Positions 1 to 13,173 of a stretch of DNA of 64,000 nt are shown here, one piece after another (the first letter of the stretch is position 1; each line of letters opens with the position of its first letter). The stretch comes from Eledone cirrhosa (taxonomy: Eukaryota). Location: positions 216,318,001 through 216,382,000 of the forward strand of contig OZ024742.1 in assembly GCA_964016885.1 (NCBI GenBank). Reading direction: 5' to 3'. A program made the position numbers and the translations under genes. The notes under the pieces were generated by a model. The model had not been told where the DNA came from and did not search any database. It was given only the letters and a program-made list of their open reading frames with translations.

Positions 1-60
1 AGGAGAAAGAGAGTGTGAACGTGTGTATACACTTGTGAGAGAAATGGAGAGAGAGAGAGA

Positions 61-138
<78 letters not shown>

Positions 139-447
139 GAAAAGAGCGAGGAGGGGAGAAAGAGGGAGTAAAGTGGATAAGATTTCCCGTCTGTCTGAAT
201 TCAGTTTTTCTGATAACATTTTCAAACTTTTTCTTTAACATAGATTTTTATAGTCTTCATTATATTTTTCTTTATGATGTTCATTCTCTGGGTATTAAGA
301 TTACTTTAGAATAGTTCATAGCTGAAGAATAACGTAGGAATAAGCGAAGAGTCAAAGTAGAATATAAATATAAGGAATAGGAAAAAAGAAAAAAAATATA
401 TATGCATATATAGATAAGCACACACACACACACACACACGCACACAC

Positions 448-480
<33 letters not shown>

Positions 481-1378
481 CATATATATATATAAACGTA
501 CAAACATATCAACACATACACATGCGCATATCTCTCCCGCTTTCTCTCTCTCTCTATGTATATATATATATGTGTGTGTGTGCGTGTGTGCGTCTGTGTA
601 TGCATGTGTGTGCGTGTGTGGGGTGGGGGTGGGGGTGTCTGTGTGCGTGTGTGTTTTGTGTGTGTGTGTATGTTTGTGTGTGTATACAAAACTGAAAGGG
701 ATTGGCTATTGATCTGTTCCAAGCAGATCGTACTTTTCTCAAGTGAAATTTTTCCATGATGCTTAGGTGAGTGGAAATACAGGAGATATAAAATATAGAA
801 AAATGAAGTCACACACAGTGCTAGGATAGAAGATGGGAGGAGAAAGAGAAATTGGAAGGTATGATATGGAGGAAAAGTGTAGGATTCAGACGGCAAAAAT
901 GATGAGTCGAAGTAGGATACGACTGGGTGTGGGAGGGGAAATGTGATAGTAAAATGAATTTAAGAAATGCATAGGAGGTAGAAATAGAGATGTAATATAC
1001 CGAAAGAGAGATAAGAAAGACAGCAGACAAAGAGTGCTGAAGTGAGGGAGAAGGGGAGAGATAGTATGAGAGAGATTAGAGAGAATGAGATTGTATAAAA
1101 GAGATATGCAAGGAAATGTTTGAAAAGAGAAAATACAAGAGAAAGAGAGTTAGAAAGAGTTAAGAATGTAGAGTGTCAGTAAATAAAGATAAGGTAAAGT
1201 AGGATTTAACATACTAATTGGATCAAAGCATAGAAAGTGAGGATCAAGTCCTCCCAATCCTAACAACCAGTCTCTTCAACATAGATTCTAACTTGGAAAT
1301 ATCTTGAAAAAGTCTAAGAATTTCAAAATATTTTTATATACTCTTCTATTTTATTTCACTTTATCAGTCTTGTTTTCG

Positions 1379-1438
<60 letters not shown>

Positions 1439-2132
1439 GACAGACGGACAGACAGAGACAGACAGACAGACAGACAAGATACACATATACATATATATAC
1501 ATACATTCATACACACACATATATATACATATTTATATATATATGTGTGTGTGTGTGCGTGTTCATATGTATGTGTGCATAATACACATCTGAGAATTGG
1601 TTACATGACTGTATGTATGTGTGCGTTCCAGTATTTCTATTTTCCTTTCATTGATATTTGACTTTAACCTCAATCATGTTGTGACTTTGTTTCCTTCAGA
1701 TTTGAAAATCGGAAATAAATGCCAATTGTTATATCTAGTTTTCTGTTTCTATCTGTTTTTTTTTATATTTTATTTGACGGTTATTCTTTAAAATATGTTT
1801 TGTAAACATTGATTGAAGCGTAAAGTCTCGTATTATACTTTGTTGTATATTTTCCATTCTTTCATCTTTTTTTTTTTACTTCTTATTACCTTCACTAAGC
1901 AATTTTTTTTATATTTCTTTTCATACACAAATATGTGATAGATAACTTTACACATTCTTACGTATTTAAAGATGTAGACTTGTATGCATTATACACATTA
2001 TACAAGCACGCACATACACTTCCACGCACTCACATGTATATATGTGTGTGACTGGACTAGTACGATTGTGTACATTTATAAATGCTTGTACATACATACG
2101 AAAATACACACACACACACGTATATATATATA

Positions 2133-2194
<62 letters not shown>

Positions 2195-2223
2195 TATCAA
2201 TCTATCTATCTATCTATCTCTCA

Positions 2224-2278
<55 letters not shown>

Positions 2279-2337
2279 TATACATAAACATATAAATATA
2301 AATATATATATATAAATAATTATATATATATATATAC

Positions 2338-2383
<46 letters not shown>

Positions 2384-5300
2384 AGGGAGAGAGAGAGAGA
2401 GAAGGGGAGAGAGAGAGAGAAATGGTTGTGTCTGTGTGCTTGTTTTCTTCCCATATACATGAGTGTGTTAAACTCCCAATGTCAAATAATGTTCTTTTCA
2501 ATTCAATGAACTGAGAATGAACGTCGCACTTATCTCTTCTGTCTATTGCTTACAATAATGCTGAAGTTTTGGAAAGTTTTCAATGTTTTATCTTTCCCAT
2601 ACAAGATTAGGTTCTGGAAATTGGGATCAGCCTTTTTTTAATAGAAAGTGAAGGTGTGGTTACATAACCTCGGGTTCGAGTATTGTAACTATAAGTTGAA
2701 TTTCATAATCGAGATTCACTATGGATAAAATATTCAAGAAGTTTAAGAAAGCTAATAAAAGTAGCGATAATCTCAGTTCAGAAATTTTACCTTCCCACAA
2801 ATATACTTTCCGGATATAATCGCTTTAATAGGCAAGCAACCTTTTTGCCTTGATCTGCATAAAATCCAGAGAAATTGCAGCCATATTTGTTTGGCTTACT
2901 TAAATTAATTTCTTAAAAGATCTGCCACTTCTGTCAAATTCTTCTGTCAAATTCACATATTCGTCCATGTATGTTTCTCTCTTTTTTCTTTTGCAGATCG
3001 AATATCCCTTAACACCAATTTATTTAATTCATATTACTACTTCTATCACATTTTATCATCTTTCATCATTCACTATTAATCGCGATTCAGCATTTTTTGC
3101 AAATTAATCTTTTTTTCCATCTTTAACACATTTTATCACCTTTCATCCTTCCACATTTATCAGCATGTATCATCATTTTATTTCTAGTAATATTATATGT
3201 GCCATTTGTTTATTTATCACTCATACAATTTAATTCATTACTTTAATGTAATTTCATTATTCATTCTTTATTTTGTCTAACGTTACTGCATAACCAGAAA
3301 CCTCATTTTGAGCGGGTATCATTTAGAATTAATATTCATGCCCGTAGGTTTTAAGAGCTATAATTTATGTGCGTCTATGTGCATCCGTGTAATTGGATAA
3401 ATATATTTACGTAGACAACTGTGAACATGTCGATATACAACTGCGTATGCATATGTGTCCAGCCTTGGTTTTGGTTATATATGAATTTGGTTTAAATGGA
3501 TACATATCATTTTAATATTACTCAGAGCGTTTCAAGAAATGAGGTTAATTGAGACTTTAGTCTAGGGATTTTGAACAATAAGACTTGTCTAGGTGCTGAA
3601 GGTGGGGCCGTTGCTCGGAATTGTTGTAATGGTGATGGAACACTGAAAAATAGTAAAGAATTTTGATTTTTACTTTTTCTAACAAATCAACTATCATTTT
3701 TTTCATATGTTAGTGGGCTTAAATTATAGTAAGCATTTCATTAAACAACTAATTAAATATAATGTTAATATTTATTTTAAAACACATTGTAAATCAGACT
3801 TGTGCTATTTCCAGTTTACATAGTCTTTAATGGATTTGAAACCAGTACGCTATGGAGTGGAAACTAATAGGTCGCAATTGGTGCTCTTAGCCAACAAATC
3901 ATTCGTCGATACTGTTGTCATAGCTTCACCTATGTTTTTAAATTTCAACAGTCTATCTTGGATACCTATCGGTTGAGTTATTCTTCAAGAAATCAGTGTG
4001 TTGACACCTGGCTCTATGCTGCCCGGATGTAAGTATGGTACATATCACTGATACATTGGTTATTGTGGGATGTTTTTCAGTACTCAATCGACACAACCAC
4101 ATGCATTTACAACATGGTCCTTTAAATTACTTTTACCTGAAACTTTATTTTACCACGTTTACTGCTCCGTGATTCAAATACTTTTATTTGTATATTTTCA
4201 GGTGAGTGTTTAAAATATACCACGTAATTTTGAGGAGATATGAAAGATTTTCACGAAAGGTAAGATAAATGTTACTCGCATACTATACAGTGTAATTGCA
4301 TTTCAATAGATATACACCTCTTGTTGAATAACTAATCTAACTTTCTGATTGTGACAAGACGCGTTATTTATTAATATGTAACATCAGTTACCTACTGTAT
4401 TATATTTCAGGTTTCAGATTACGTATAACCACCGACACAGATACCGCCATCAAACAGACACATTTAAACATACGTTACTTATCATTTCAAACATGTTTTC
4501 ATACGCCATGGTCACTTTGTGGTGATCTTCAAATGCGTACCTTATTTGAGCGTGTAGATGTGGTATCAATTGATTGAGCAAGGATGTCCACATGATTTTT
4601 GATTATATTTGCTAAAATTTAAGATGTTTCTTATACATAATGTAATGTTGGTGCAGGATAATCTGCCATCTCTTCTCCTGCAACGTAATGTTGAAAGGTA
4701 AACGGTTTCATTCTTAAGTATAACTATACAGAAGAACGTTTTGAAAAGGATCTTCGGATCCACGGAGCGTGCCCGCTGCTGTCTAAAAGCAAATCTCATT
4801 ACATTAAATATGACAGACCTAACGATTGCATTATACATTATCAGAATTATTCTAATTTGTACAAGAAATATTGCAGTTGCCGGAAATCAGGAAATGTATA
4901 AATTATGCTATTAATTGTTTAAATTTAATTATATCATAGAAACATTCACATAGATGCACCATCGATATTACAACTATTATTTGAATACAATTCATTCTTT
5001 ATTTCTTCTGAAATATATAATCCCGTGATAGGAGCTTGTATAGGGCGAAGTTTAGGGCCAGCCGAATAATTTCATTACATAATATATACGAACTTGTGTA
5101 TATATATGCATACACCCAGAGACACATAATTCTAAAGCTTTGTCGCTAAAAGAATCCCCCTTTTCCTGCGAGAAATATTCAAGTAGAGATTTCAAATATC
5201 GCCATTCGTTTTCTTTTAGAGTCAATATGACAGAGTTACCAGAAGTTGAAATCTTTTGTCGTGATCGAAAATAATAAGTGCGCTTTATATAGACGCAAAG

Positions 5301-5811
5301 AACAATAGCAATTCATTTTTAATGACAAAGAGAAAATGTCTCCCGTATCTTTATATAATTGTACAAAACCATATTTGGGAAACGCAAAACACCATTACCA
5401 TAAATTTGCTGATTTGTAGTAGTATTTTGAGAATCTAATATTAATCAGTCTTTCTTCTATTAATATTCAATTGTCTTAGATAGACAAGAATATAATAAAA
5501 CTAATTTGTGAATAGAAATTCAGTGACGTCGGCAAGCGGGATGCGTAACAATGTACTCAACAGTTAAATATTTACTTTTTTTTTCACGTTGGAAACCGTT
5601 TGAGTTTTAGTTTCCATATGATCTGGAAACAAAGAAGCACCGTTGTTTATAGTATGTATTTTTTCGAAAAACACCTCCACCAAAGCAATAAAGAATATAT
5701 ATGTATGTGTGCGTGTGCGTGTGTGTGTATATGTGTGTGTGTGCGTGTGTGTGTATGTGTGCGTGGATGTGTGTGTATGTCCCTGGATGTCTGTATATAT
5801 ATATATATATA

Positions 5812-7024
5812 TCCCTAATCAACAATAGATCCCAACCTGCCCTAAAACTCAACATCCAGGAACTCAGACACCCCAAACCCAGGAATGAACCGAAACAGAA
5901 AACTCTACCTTCCATCTCCACACACAATCTCCTCAACAATGAGACATTCGACACCATCCTCCAGAACATTCCTTTACTGAAAAGAGACCCAAGACTGAAT
6001 ACAATCCTCCAAACACACAACATCAGAAAGAGCAAAAGACTACCTAAATCCATAAAAAACATCCTCACACAAGCCAAAATCCAGCCAACATTCACAATGA
6101 AACCTACAGTAAAAAAATGCGGTATATGCATAAATCTTATAGAACGTTCAACATTCCATTTTAAACAAGGACAACATTTCACAGTTAAATACATCTTTAC
6201 ATGTGCATCTGAAAACCTAATCTATGTTCTGACCTGCGAGAGTACTACATAGGACAGACAACAAACAGCTTCCGATAACGTATGACCGTCCAAAGATCAC
6301 AAATCAAAATACAGAAATACAGAAGATTTCTCTTAGTGAACATATCGCAAGTTGTGCACCTACCCAACTACCAAACTTTAGAATTTCCCCCATTTACAAA
6401 TTCATAGACAACGCTTCTTACATCCATCGTACTAATAAGGAAATGTACTTCATTAACAAATTCCAGCCTCTACTTAATGGACTAAACTTCGGACTAAACT
6501 AAAAGTGGAACGAACAATGAACCATAGTCCAAAATTCCTACGTTCTCTAAATAGTTACCTACCTTAAACCCTACCTAATCCTTTTTCTTATATGAATGAA
6601 TTACCCCCTCTCCTCTCTTTCTCCTACACTACAACCCTGAATTGCCTCCCCCTGCATGATATTAATTCTCTAAAAAGGGAAAACACATCCAATCCCGGTC
6701 GGCTATTTGCCTACTTCAAGGATGAACACCTTTAAGCGATCTTGCCATAATAACGTTGTTTGAACTACTTATCCTCAAAACCATGCTTGTAATTAATATT
6801 ATTCTTTCTTTCCCATTACCTTCTCATGTTTCCCATCACCTTATTTTGACTTCAAAAACCTTGTTTGTAAATAATATTATTCTTTCCTTCCCATGTCCTT
6901 AACATTTTCAACATCACCTTATTTTCTCTTCTACATTTTATACCAATACAAATTCCCTTTTTTTCCTCTCTCAATCACATAATTTGATAATGCATAAAAT
7001 GCTGAAACCGGTAATTGTTAATTA

Positions 7025-7066
<42 letters not shown>

Positions 7067-7070
7067 CAAT
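5812..7070 (+). mobile_element. 5'-truncated, decayed Penelope-like element (Neptune-type): RT C-terminus/linker, GIY-YIG endonuclease, 3' UTR/pLTR
   Basis: ORF 5701-6252 ends ...ISTHNLLNNETFDTILQNIPLLKRDPRL...KKCGICINLIE...CASENLIYVLTC, clearly paralogous to the ORF at 19963-21237. It continues through frameshifts as YIGQT...RMTVQRSQIKIQ...FRISPFYKF to ~6480. A pyrimidine-rich UTR, an HHR and an (AAAT)n run follow. Confidence 0.9.
6979..7018 (+). ncRNA. Minimal type I hammerhead ribozyme, U3-A8 core variant
   Basis: ataat-TTGATAA-t gcat aaa atgc t-GAAAC-CG-GTA-attgt. Stem I ataat/attgt, stem II gcat/atgc, palindromic stem III ACCGGT. Lies at the 3' end of the PLE. Confidence 0.7.
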
Positions 7071-7396
7071 GCTATTTTCAATTAATAAATAAATTAATTA
7101 ATAACTTGACACCTCACACAAAGTAAAATAATTTGTTTTAAACATTTTCTAACCCAGAAAATTGAGAAAAAAATAACAGGAAAAAAAAATGTTTTTCGAA
7201 ATAATCGTTTTTTTCCCCTATATATATATAAAATTAATAAGGTAATGAATTCTTTTACAATGGAATCAGCTCGAATGAGGAAAAAATATCCCCTGAGCAG
7301 TGTATAAATTAATATGTAAGTGATGAAACACAGATACCAACACATCTGTATATATATTGCAAAAGATTAGTACACTTCAATCTGGCTAAATTTTTC

Positions 7397-7440
<44 letters not shown>

Positions 7441-7445
<5 letters not shown>

Positions 7446-7610
7446 CAAAGGGTCGGGGCTGAGTTCTTGTCGTTTCAACTGTTAGTTCCAGACCAAGGTC
7501 TAGAATTAGGTGTTGAAACGCCCCATCGCTTTCTAATATTGTCAGACTATCCCAAGCATCAAGGATTCTGTTGAATAATGGTCTAATTGGTTTAAAATTG
7601 GTTGAATCTT
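7441..7610. repeat. Fold-back remnant between (TA)n runs, probably a PLE 3'-end fragment
   Basis: Inverted repeat cgtttcaac..ttagttccagacc-aa-ggtctagaattag..gttgaaacg. The arms continue imperfectly, with a ~12-bp deletion in the right arm. Confidence 0.45.
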
Positions 7611-8709
7611 GATATATATATATATATAAGTATTGCAGTTTCCGTTGAAAATTGAAAAAGGCAGAGGAATGAAGAGTGCTCTATGTAAGTTACAGAGCTA
7701 AATATGTAATGTATAATAAATAATACATAAACCAAATGAAAATTTAAAATATATAAATAAAGCCTCTTGTCATCCTCCTATAGTTTTTGAAAACCTCATC
7801 CCCAACATTAGCCGTAGGATCTCCACCCTCTCTTCCTCAGAAGCTATTTTCAATAAGGCATCCTCTACTATAATAAAGCCCTTCAAATATAGGGGATTTA
7901 GTGAACCGATTAAGTACATAGCCAACAATACTAACTCCTTTAAACATAATAATAGGAAAAGAAAAATAACCTGGTTCACCACCCCCCCCTCTCTTTAGCA
8001 GTTAAAACTAATGTAGGCAAAACATTCCTACAACTCTTAGATAAACATTTCCCTAGAACACATAGATACTATAAGATCTTCAATAGAAACTGTGTCAAAA
8101 TGAGCTACTCCTGCGATCCCTCTATTTAATATTACATCCTTAATAAGAAAACACCCAGAGAACATCAAAATTGCTCCTGTAGAGTCAAAAATGAATGCCC
8201 ATTACAAGGTAAATGCAACACCAAAGCTATTGTATATGAAGCCAAAGTGACAACCACCAGCAGCAACCTACCACCCACCAGCGAACGATATGTGGGTATG
8301 ACACAAGATTAATTCAAAACGCATTATTACTCACATGTCGCATCTTTCTGACATCCTGAAAAAACTTACAACAGCTCTGGCTAGCAGAATATGGGATTTG
8401 AAGGACCAAGGTATCCAATATAAATTAGATTGGTCAATTTTGAACCAATCTAAAGAATATGCAAGAGGAACAAGAAGATGCGCACTCTGCATAAGTGAAA
8501 AATATTAGATTTTACAGAACCTTAAATCACCAAAAACCTGCCTAAATACAAAAACAGAAATTTTCACCAGTTGCCCACACATGAAATTACACTTGCTCTC
8601 CAGCTCATATAAACATAACCCGCTTTCAGGCACTTATCCTCCATAAAACTCTTGTTCTTCACTTTCCGTAACTTACCTTCTTTACAGACTTCTCTTTCAG
8701 TTTCAATTA

Positions 8710-8836
8710 TCTTTTATTTTTATTTTTATTTTTATTTTTATTTTTATTTTTATTTTTATTTTTATTTTTATTTTTATTTTTATTTTTATTTTTATTTTTA
8801 TTTTTATTTTTATCTTTATCTTTATTTTTATTTTTA
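8710..8836. repeat. (TTTTTA)n hexamer microsatellite in the PLE 3' UTR
   Basis: About 20 tandem TTTTTA units visible. Confidence 0.95.
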
Positions 8837-9797
8837 CTAGTGAACCCCCCCCCCCCCCTTCTATTTAATTCACTTACTTTATATCTTAACAATTTTACAT
8901 ATTTTACTTCCCCCTTTTCTTTCACTACATGTTATCACATGTCACTTGTGTTTATAACTCCAGTTATTGTCCGTTGTCCCTCAGCCGCTTTTATGTATGT
9001 TTATTTGCTTATATTTTGTACCTATTTATTCATACGGCTGGTTTTGTATATATGTGTGTACGCGTATGTGTGCATATATGTGTATATATATGTGTATTGT
9101 GTGTGTGTATGCGTGTTTATGTATGTATGTATGCGTGTATGTGTATGCTTTTGTGCATGTGGTTTTTTTGCCTGTACGTATATATATATATTTATATATA
9201 TGTATATGTGTGTATGAGCTTGTTCGCATATATGCACGTTTTCTACATTTTTTTTTTCTAGTGTTACTTTATATATTATAACCCCTCCCACTTACTTTCT
9301 CTTTGCCTTAATTTTTATATTTATATCGACCATTCAGTCTGACACTGCTTTGACTTTATACACCCCCTTCCCTGTGTATATCACATACATGTATGTGGTT
9401 GCGCGTGTGTGTATGTTTATACGCGTGCGTCCTTCCATCCTTGTATGTGTATATATTTCAGCCCTTAGTCCCTGAGTCTGTATGTACGCTAACTCCATTA
9501 TCTTACAATTCCTTTTTCAACATATATATATATATATATATATTTGTGCTTCCACATACACTAATATGTTTGCCCTCATGTATGTACTTACGCACACATT
9601 TTTTTCACTATACACATGCATTTGTACATACACACACATGTATATTTGTAAGTGCATATACACACAATTATACACATCCCCTTACTATATTTCTTTATTT
9701 TATTTTTATACATCTCTTGTATTATTACTTTTTTTTTTTGCCCGTTAAACCTTTGCATTTCTTGAGGAGATTTTTTCAAATATTTCACTATGTTTTA

Positions 9798-9879
9798 AAT
9801 TGCCTTGTCTGTCTGATGAACGAATGCGGACATGTCTTGTATTCGTCTTATTCGGGAAACTTCTGGTAATGAGGTAATT
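9798..9879 (+). ncRNA. Type I hammerhead ribozyme of the Naiad-type pLTR (slightly degenerate)
   Basis: aattgccttgt-(ctgt)-CTGATGA-acgaat...attcgg-GAAAC-ttctg-GTA-atgaggtaatt. An 11-bp stem I with G-U pairs is offset by a 4-nt insertion. Confidence 0.65.
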
Positions 9880-9974
9880 ATATTGTATTGTTTATTAGAA
9901 ATTAAATATATATATAAACAAAATTATAAGAAACGAAATGACCTGTGTGGTTACTGTAAACAATGTTTAAGATG

Positions 9975-10851
9975 GTATTATGGACGAGATAAGAGACGAA
10001 ATCCTTCATCAGCTGTAAACCAAGATCATAGATGTTTCGGCGCTTAATACAGGACATCTAAAAGCGATCAGCGGCGCGCCCAAAGCCTTTTATCGATTAA
10101 AAGGTCGGGAGGGAAAGAAAAGAATAAAGAAAAAGAAAAAAAGGAAAAAAGTAGTGAGAAGAGAGGAAGAAAGAGAAAAAATAGGTAAACAGTCCAAATG
10201 GTGGGGGGACAAGGACAATGGAACATGCATGTGAGTAACCGTGGAAAAAATAGAATAGAATAAGTTATAGCGAACCGATAAGACTTAAGTCCGGTGTTGT
10301 GATAACAGGATTATCTCCGTTTCCCTTCTCCCTCCCACTTCCTGTTGCTCTGTCTCTCTCTCTCGCCCCCTCTCTCTCTCTACCTTCTCTTCGATTGAGA
10401 TGGTACGGTACAACTGGGCTCCTGTTTCTTCCTCTCTTTCCTCCTCTCTCCTCACTACTTTTTTCCATTTTTTGTTCTTTTTTCTTTTCTTTCGCCCCTG
10501 GTCTTTTCGTCGATAACAGGCATTGGGCGCGCAGCTGATCGCTTTTAGATGTCCTGTATTAAGCGCCGAAACATCTATGATATTGGTTTACAGCTGATGA
10601 AGGATTTCTTCTCTTGTCTCGTTCATACTACTTTATATATATATATATATTTATATATACAGAAGGTAAGCCGACATTTGTATATATATATAAAGTAGTA
10701 TGAACGAGACAAGAGAATAAATCCTTCATCAGATGTAAAGCAAGATCATAGATGTTTCGGCGCTTAATACAGGACATTTAAAAGCGATCAGCTGCGCGCC
10801 CAAGGTCTTTTATCGTCTAAAAGACCAAGATGGACAGAAAAGAAAATAGAA

Positions 10852-10870
<19 letters not shown>
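9975..10870. mobile_element. Three copies (-,+,-) of a short PLE-end-like element carrying a permuted hammerhead-like motif
   Basis: Copies at ~9975-10180 (-), ~10428-10635 (+) and ~10688-10870 (-). Each has a pyrimidine-rich leader. The 3' ends of copies 2 and 3 meet at a (TA)n spacer. Confidence 0.75.
10520..10605 (+). ncRNA. Candidate hammerhead ribozyme with non-canonical strand order
   Basis: TAGATGT-C (10546-10553) pairs with ACATCTA (10571-10577) of GAAACATCTA. CTGTA (10554-10558) pairs with TACAG (10589-10593), which directly precedes CTGATGA (10594-10600). GGCGC (10526-10530) pairs with GCGCC (10563-10567), which precedes GAAA. Confidence 0.55.
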
Positions 10871-10931
<61 letters not shown>

Positions 10932-12509
10932 GTACTGAAAAAAAACCGGGAAGTTATATCTAAAGATGGTAGAACACTCAGTCCAAAGGATGAGTTCGCT
11001 ATAATGTTAGACCTCTTGTTATCCAGGGTCCATCCAGCTACGCAATAGACATTTCGCTGCATGGTGCAGCAATTTGAAAAAATCGGCTTTCGTTTTCAGG
11101 AAAGTACTGTTAAGTAACTTCCTTCTATTTCTCTATGGTCTCGATTTTGAGAGGATATTTCATTGTATGCAGAAAATCACATGCGCTGAACTATCACAAG
11201 GGATCGTTATAAAAAAGTTGTCGCCCTGCAACAGTTCTACTCGAGTTGCCTCCCTCGTAACTCAAGTACTGATATCTGCTGCGCCGAATTCAGCCAGCTC
11301 CTAAATAATTCCGTTCACATACACGAATGGAAGAAACGCGTGTCTCAACTAAATTTGTTGTAGTACTCTCTCTCTCTCGCTCTCTCTATCTCTCTCTCTA
11401 TCTCTCTATATATATATATTCTGTTTGCAACATAGCAAATAATTATTTATAATTTACTATAAAATCTAGATGCAAATAGGGTGTATACTCTTATCCATGA
11501 ATATACGATACGTCATTATATCAGTTTTTACTGCGAAAACATTAAAGAATAGAAAACAAGTAAATATTACCTTATACAATTATTCTCTCATATTGAACAC
11601 GAAAAAGCAATGTATTATGTATGACCGCTATATAAATAGCAAAACGGAACGCAAAAGCACACGCCTATCGTACCCTAGCCTGCTTAATTGCAAATACAGC
11701 AAGCGTTCAGCATCATAAATGGCTGGGTTTTATTTTTCTATTAAAATAAACTTAGCGAGATATACTATCATACTTCGATGCATAATCGAGAAATTAATTC
11801 CAAGAACATGAATAATGTATATGTTAGCGAAAAATTACTATCTTCGACAATAGTAGAAGAATATCCTTGCATATTTGTCAACGGCAGTCGAAATACTCAT
11901 AACGAAGTGGAGAAATAAAAATTAATCTAAAACACAAACTCTACACTGTAAGGCAGATTGACATTTACAGGCAAATTGAGAGAAAATAATAACGTGAAAT
12001 ACATACATGCTATGGTTAAAAAAGTGTTCGTTGTTGGAATATCGCCATCGAACATTTTGTTTTTGCAAATCTATATTAATAAATATAATAATTATAGAGC
12101 TTAAAATATTCATAGCGTGTCTAATATATGCTAATTATATATTAATATACACAATATGCCTTATTATACAACTCTATAATGAAAAAGATGCTATGTTAGT
12201 GCAACTTTTAAGAAACCATAGCCATTCAATCTCCGATTATGTGCAAACGAACATTTATACAAAAAAACAAAATAAATTATAGCTTATTCGTATCTAAGTA
12301 CCAGTGAAGGAACGTAATAGATGATGGATAAACATCCTGGAAGGCTTGTGAGTGACATTCACACCAGGCAACTGACACCTTCACACAAGGCAACTGCTAC
12401 ATGACAAAAGCGTAAAATATTCATAGTGAGACATATTAGTGAGACATACATTTGTTTTTATGCAAAAACATATCAGAAGATACTGCTTTAGGGTGAAAGT
12501 AGAAATTGT

Positions 12510-12786
12510 CTTCTTCTTCTTCTTCTTCTTCTTCTTCTTCTTCTTCTTCTTCTTCTTCTTCTTCTTCTTCTTCTTCAGATGGTTATGGGGACAGAATCTT
12601 GAAACACTGCGTCCAGCGTGTCCTGTAACATGTAACCGTCTCCAACTGATCCGACTGGATCCACAAGTGGGACCAGGCAAGCTCATGGCTGTTATCCAGC
12701 CATCTTGCTCGGGGTCTACGCTCGTGTCACTCGCCGGTTGGTTTTGCCCGTAAAATCTGTCCAGCTATTCTTTCCTGAGACATTCT
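12510..12786 (-). mobile_element. 5'-truncated RTE-clade LINE (Expander/REX3-like) 3' end with (GAA)n tail
   Basis: Minus strand reads RMSQERIAGQILRAKPTGE*HERRPRARWLDNSHELAWSHLWIQSDQLETV..RTRW..ILSP, matching the RTE C-terminal GxRPRGRPRxRW..LAWxxLGI pattern, followed by (GAA)n. Confidence 0.8.
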
Positions 12787-13173
12787 AACGACAGACTTGA
12801 AGTATTGGATCAGTGATCTCTCAATTCGTAGAATGGACACTCTAATCACCGAGTTACGCACTCTACCGAATATCGTTACTCCAAGATCCTTTCGGGATTG
12901 TGTATTCTTTGTTTGCTAATAATTAATATATGTATATATATTAATACACACCCATACAAAAGCACACACACATACACACATGCACACATACACACATATA
13001 TATATACATATATATATACATACACACACATATATATATATACATACACACATATATATATACACACACATATATATATACACACACATATATATATACA
13101 TACACACACACATATATATATATATATACATATATATTTTGTTTAGTTTATATAATAAACAACACAATATAAC

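Larger units (their letters stand above)
7765..9975 (+). mobile_element. 5'-truncated, decayed PLE (Naiad-type): RT thumb, GIY-YIG, microsatellite-rich 3' UTR with HHR
   Basis: Manual translation across frameshifts: HPPIVLKNLIPNISRRISTLSSSEAIFNKA..RKRKITWF..VKTNVGKTFLQLLDKHFPRTHRYYKIFNRNCVKMSYSC..NCSCRVKNECPLQGKCNTKAIVYEAKV..RYVGMTQ..IWDLKD..CALCISEK..LNTKTEIFTSCPH. Stop at ~8646. Confidence 0.9.

Noticed and set aside
4566-4838. 90-aa Cys-containing ORF on the minus strand
   Set aside because: It has no recognisable motif or supporting splice structure, and its length is compatible with chance.
8300-8355. In-frame TGA in a Naiad-type ORF as possible selenocysteine (some Naiads encode selenoproteins)
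   Set aside because: The TGA falls at an Arg-like position (SF*H), all conserved Cys codons are TGY, and the ORF also has TAA/TAG stops and frameshifts, so this is ordinary decay.
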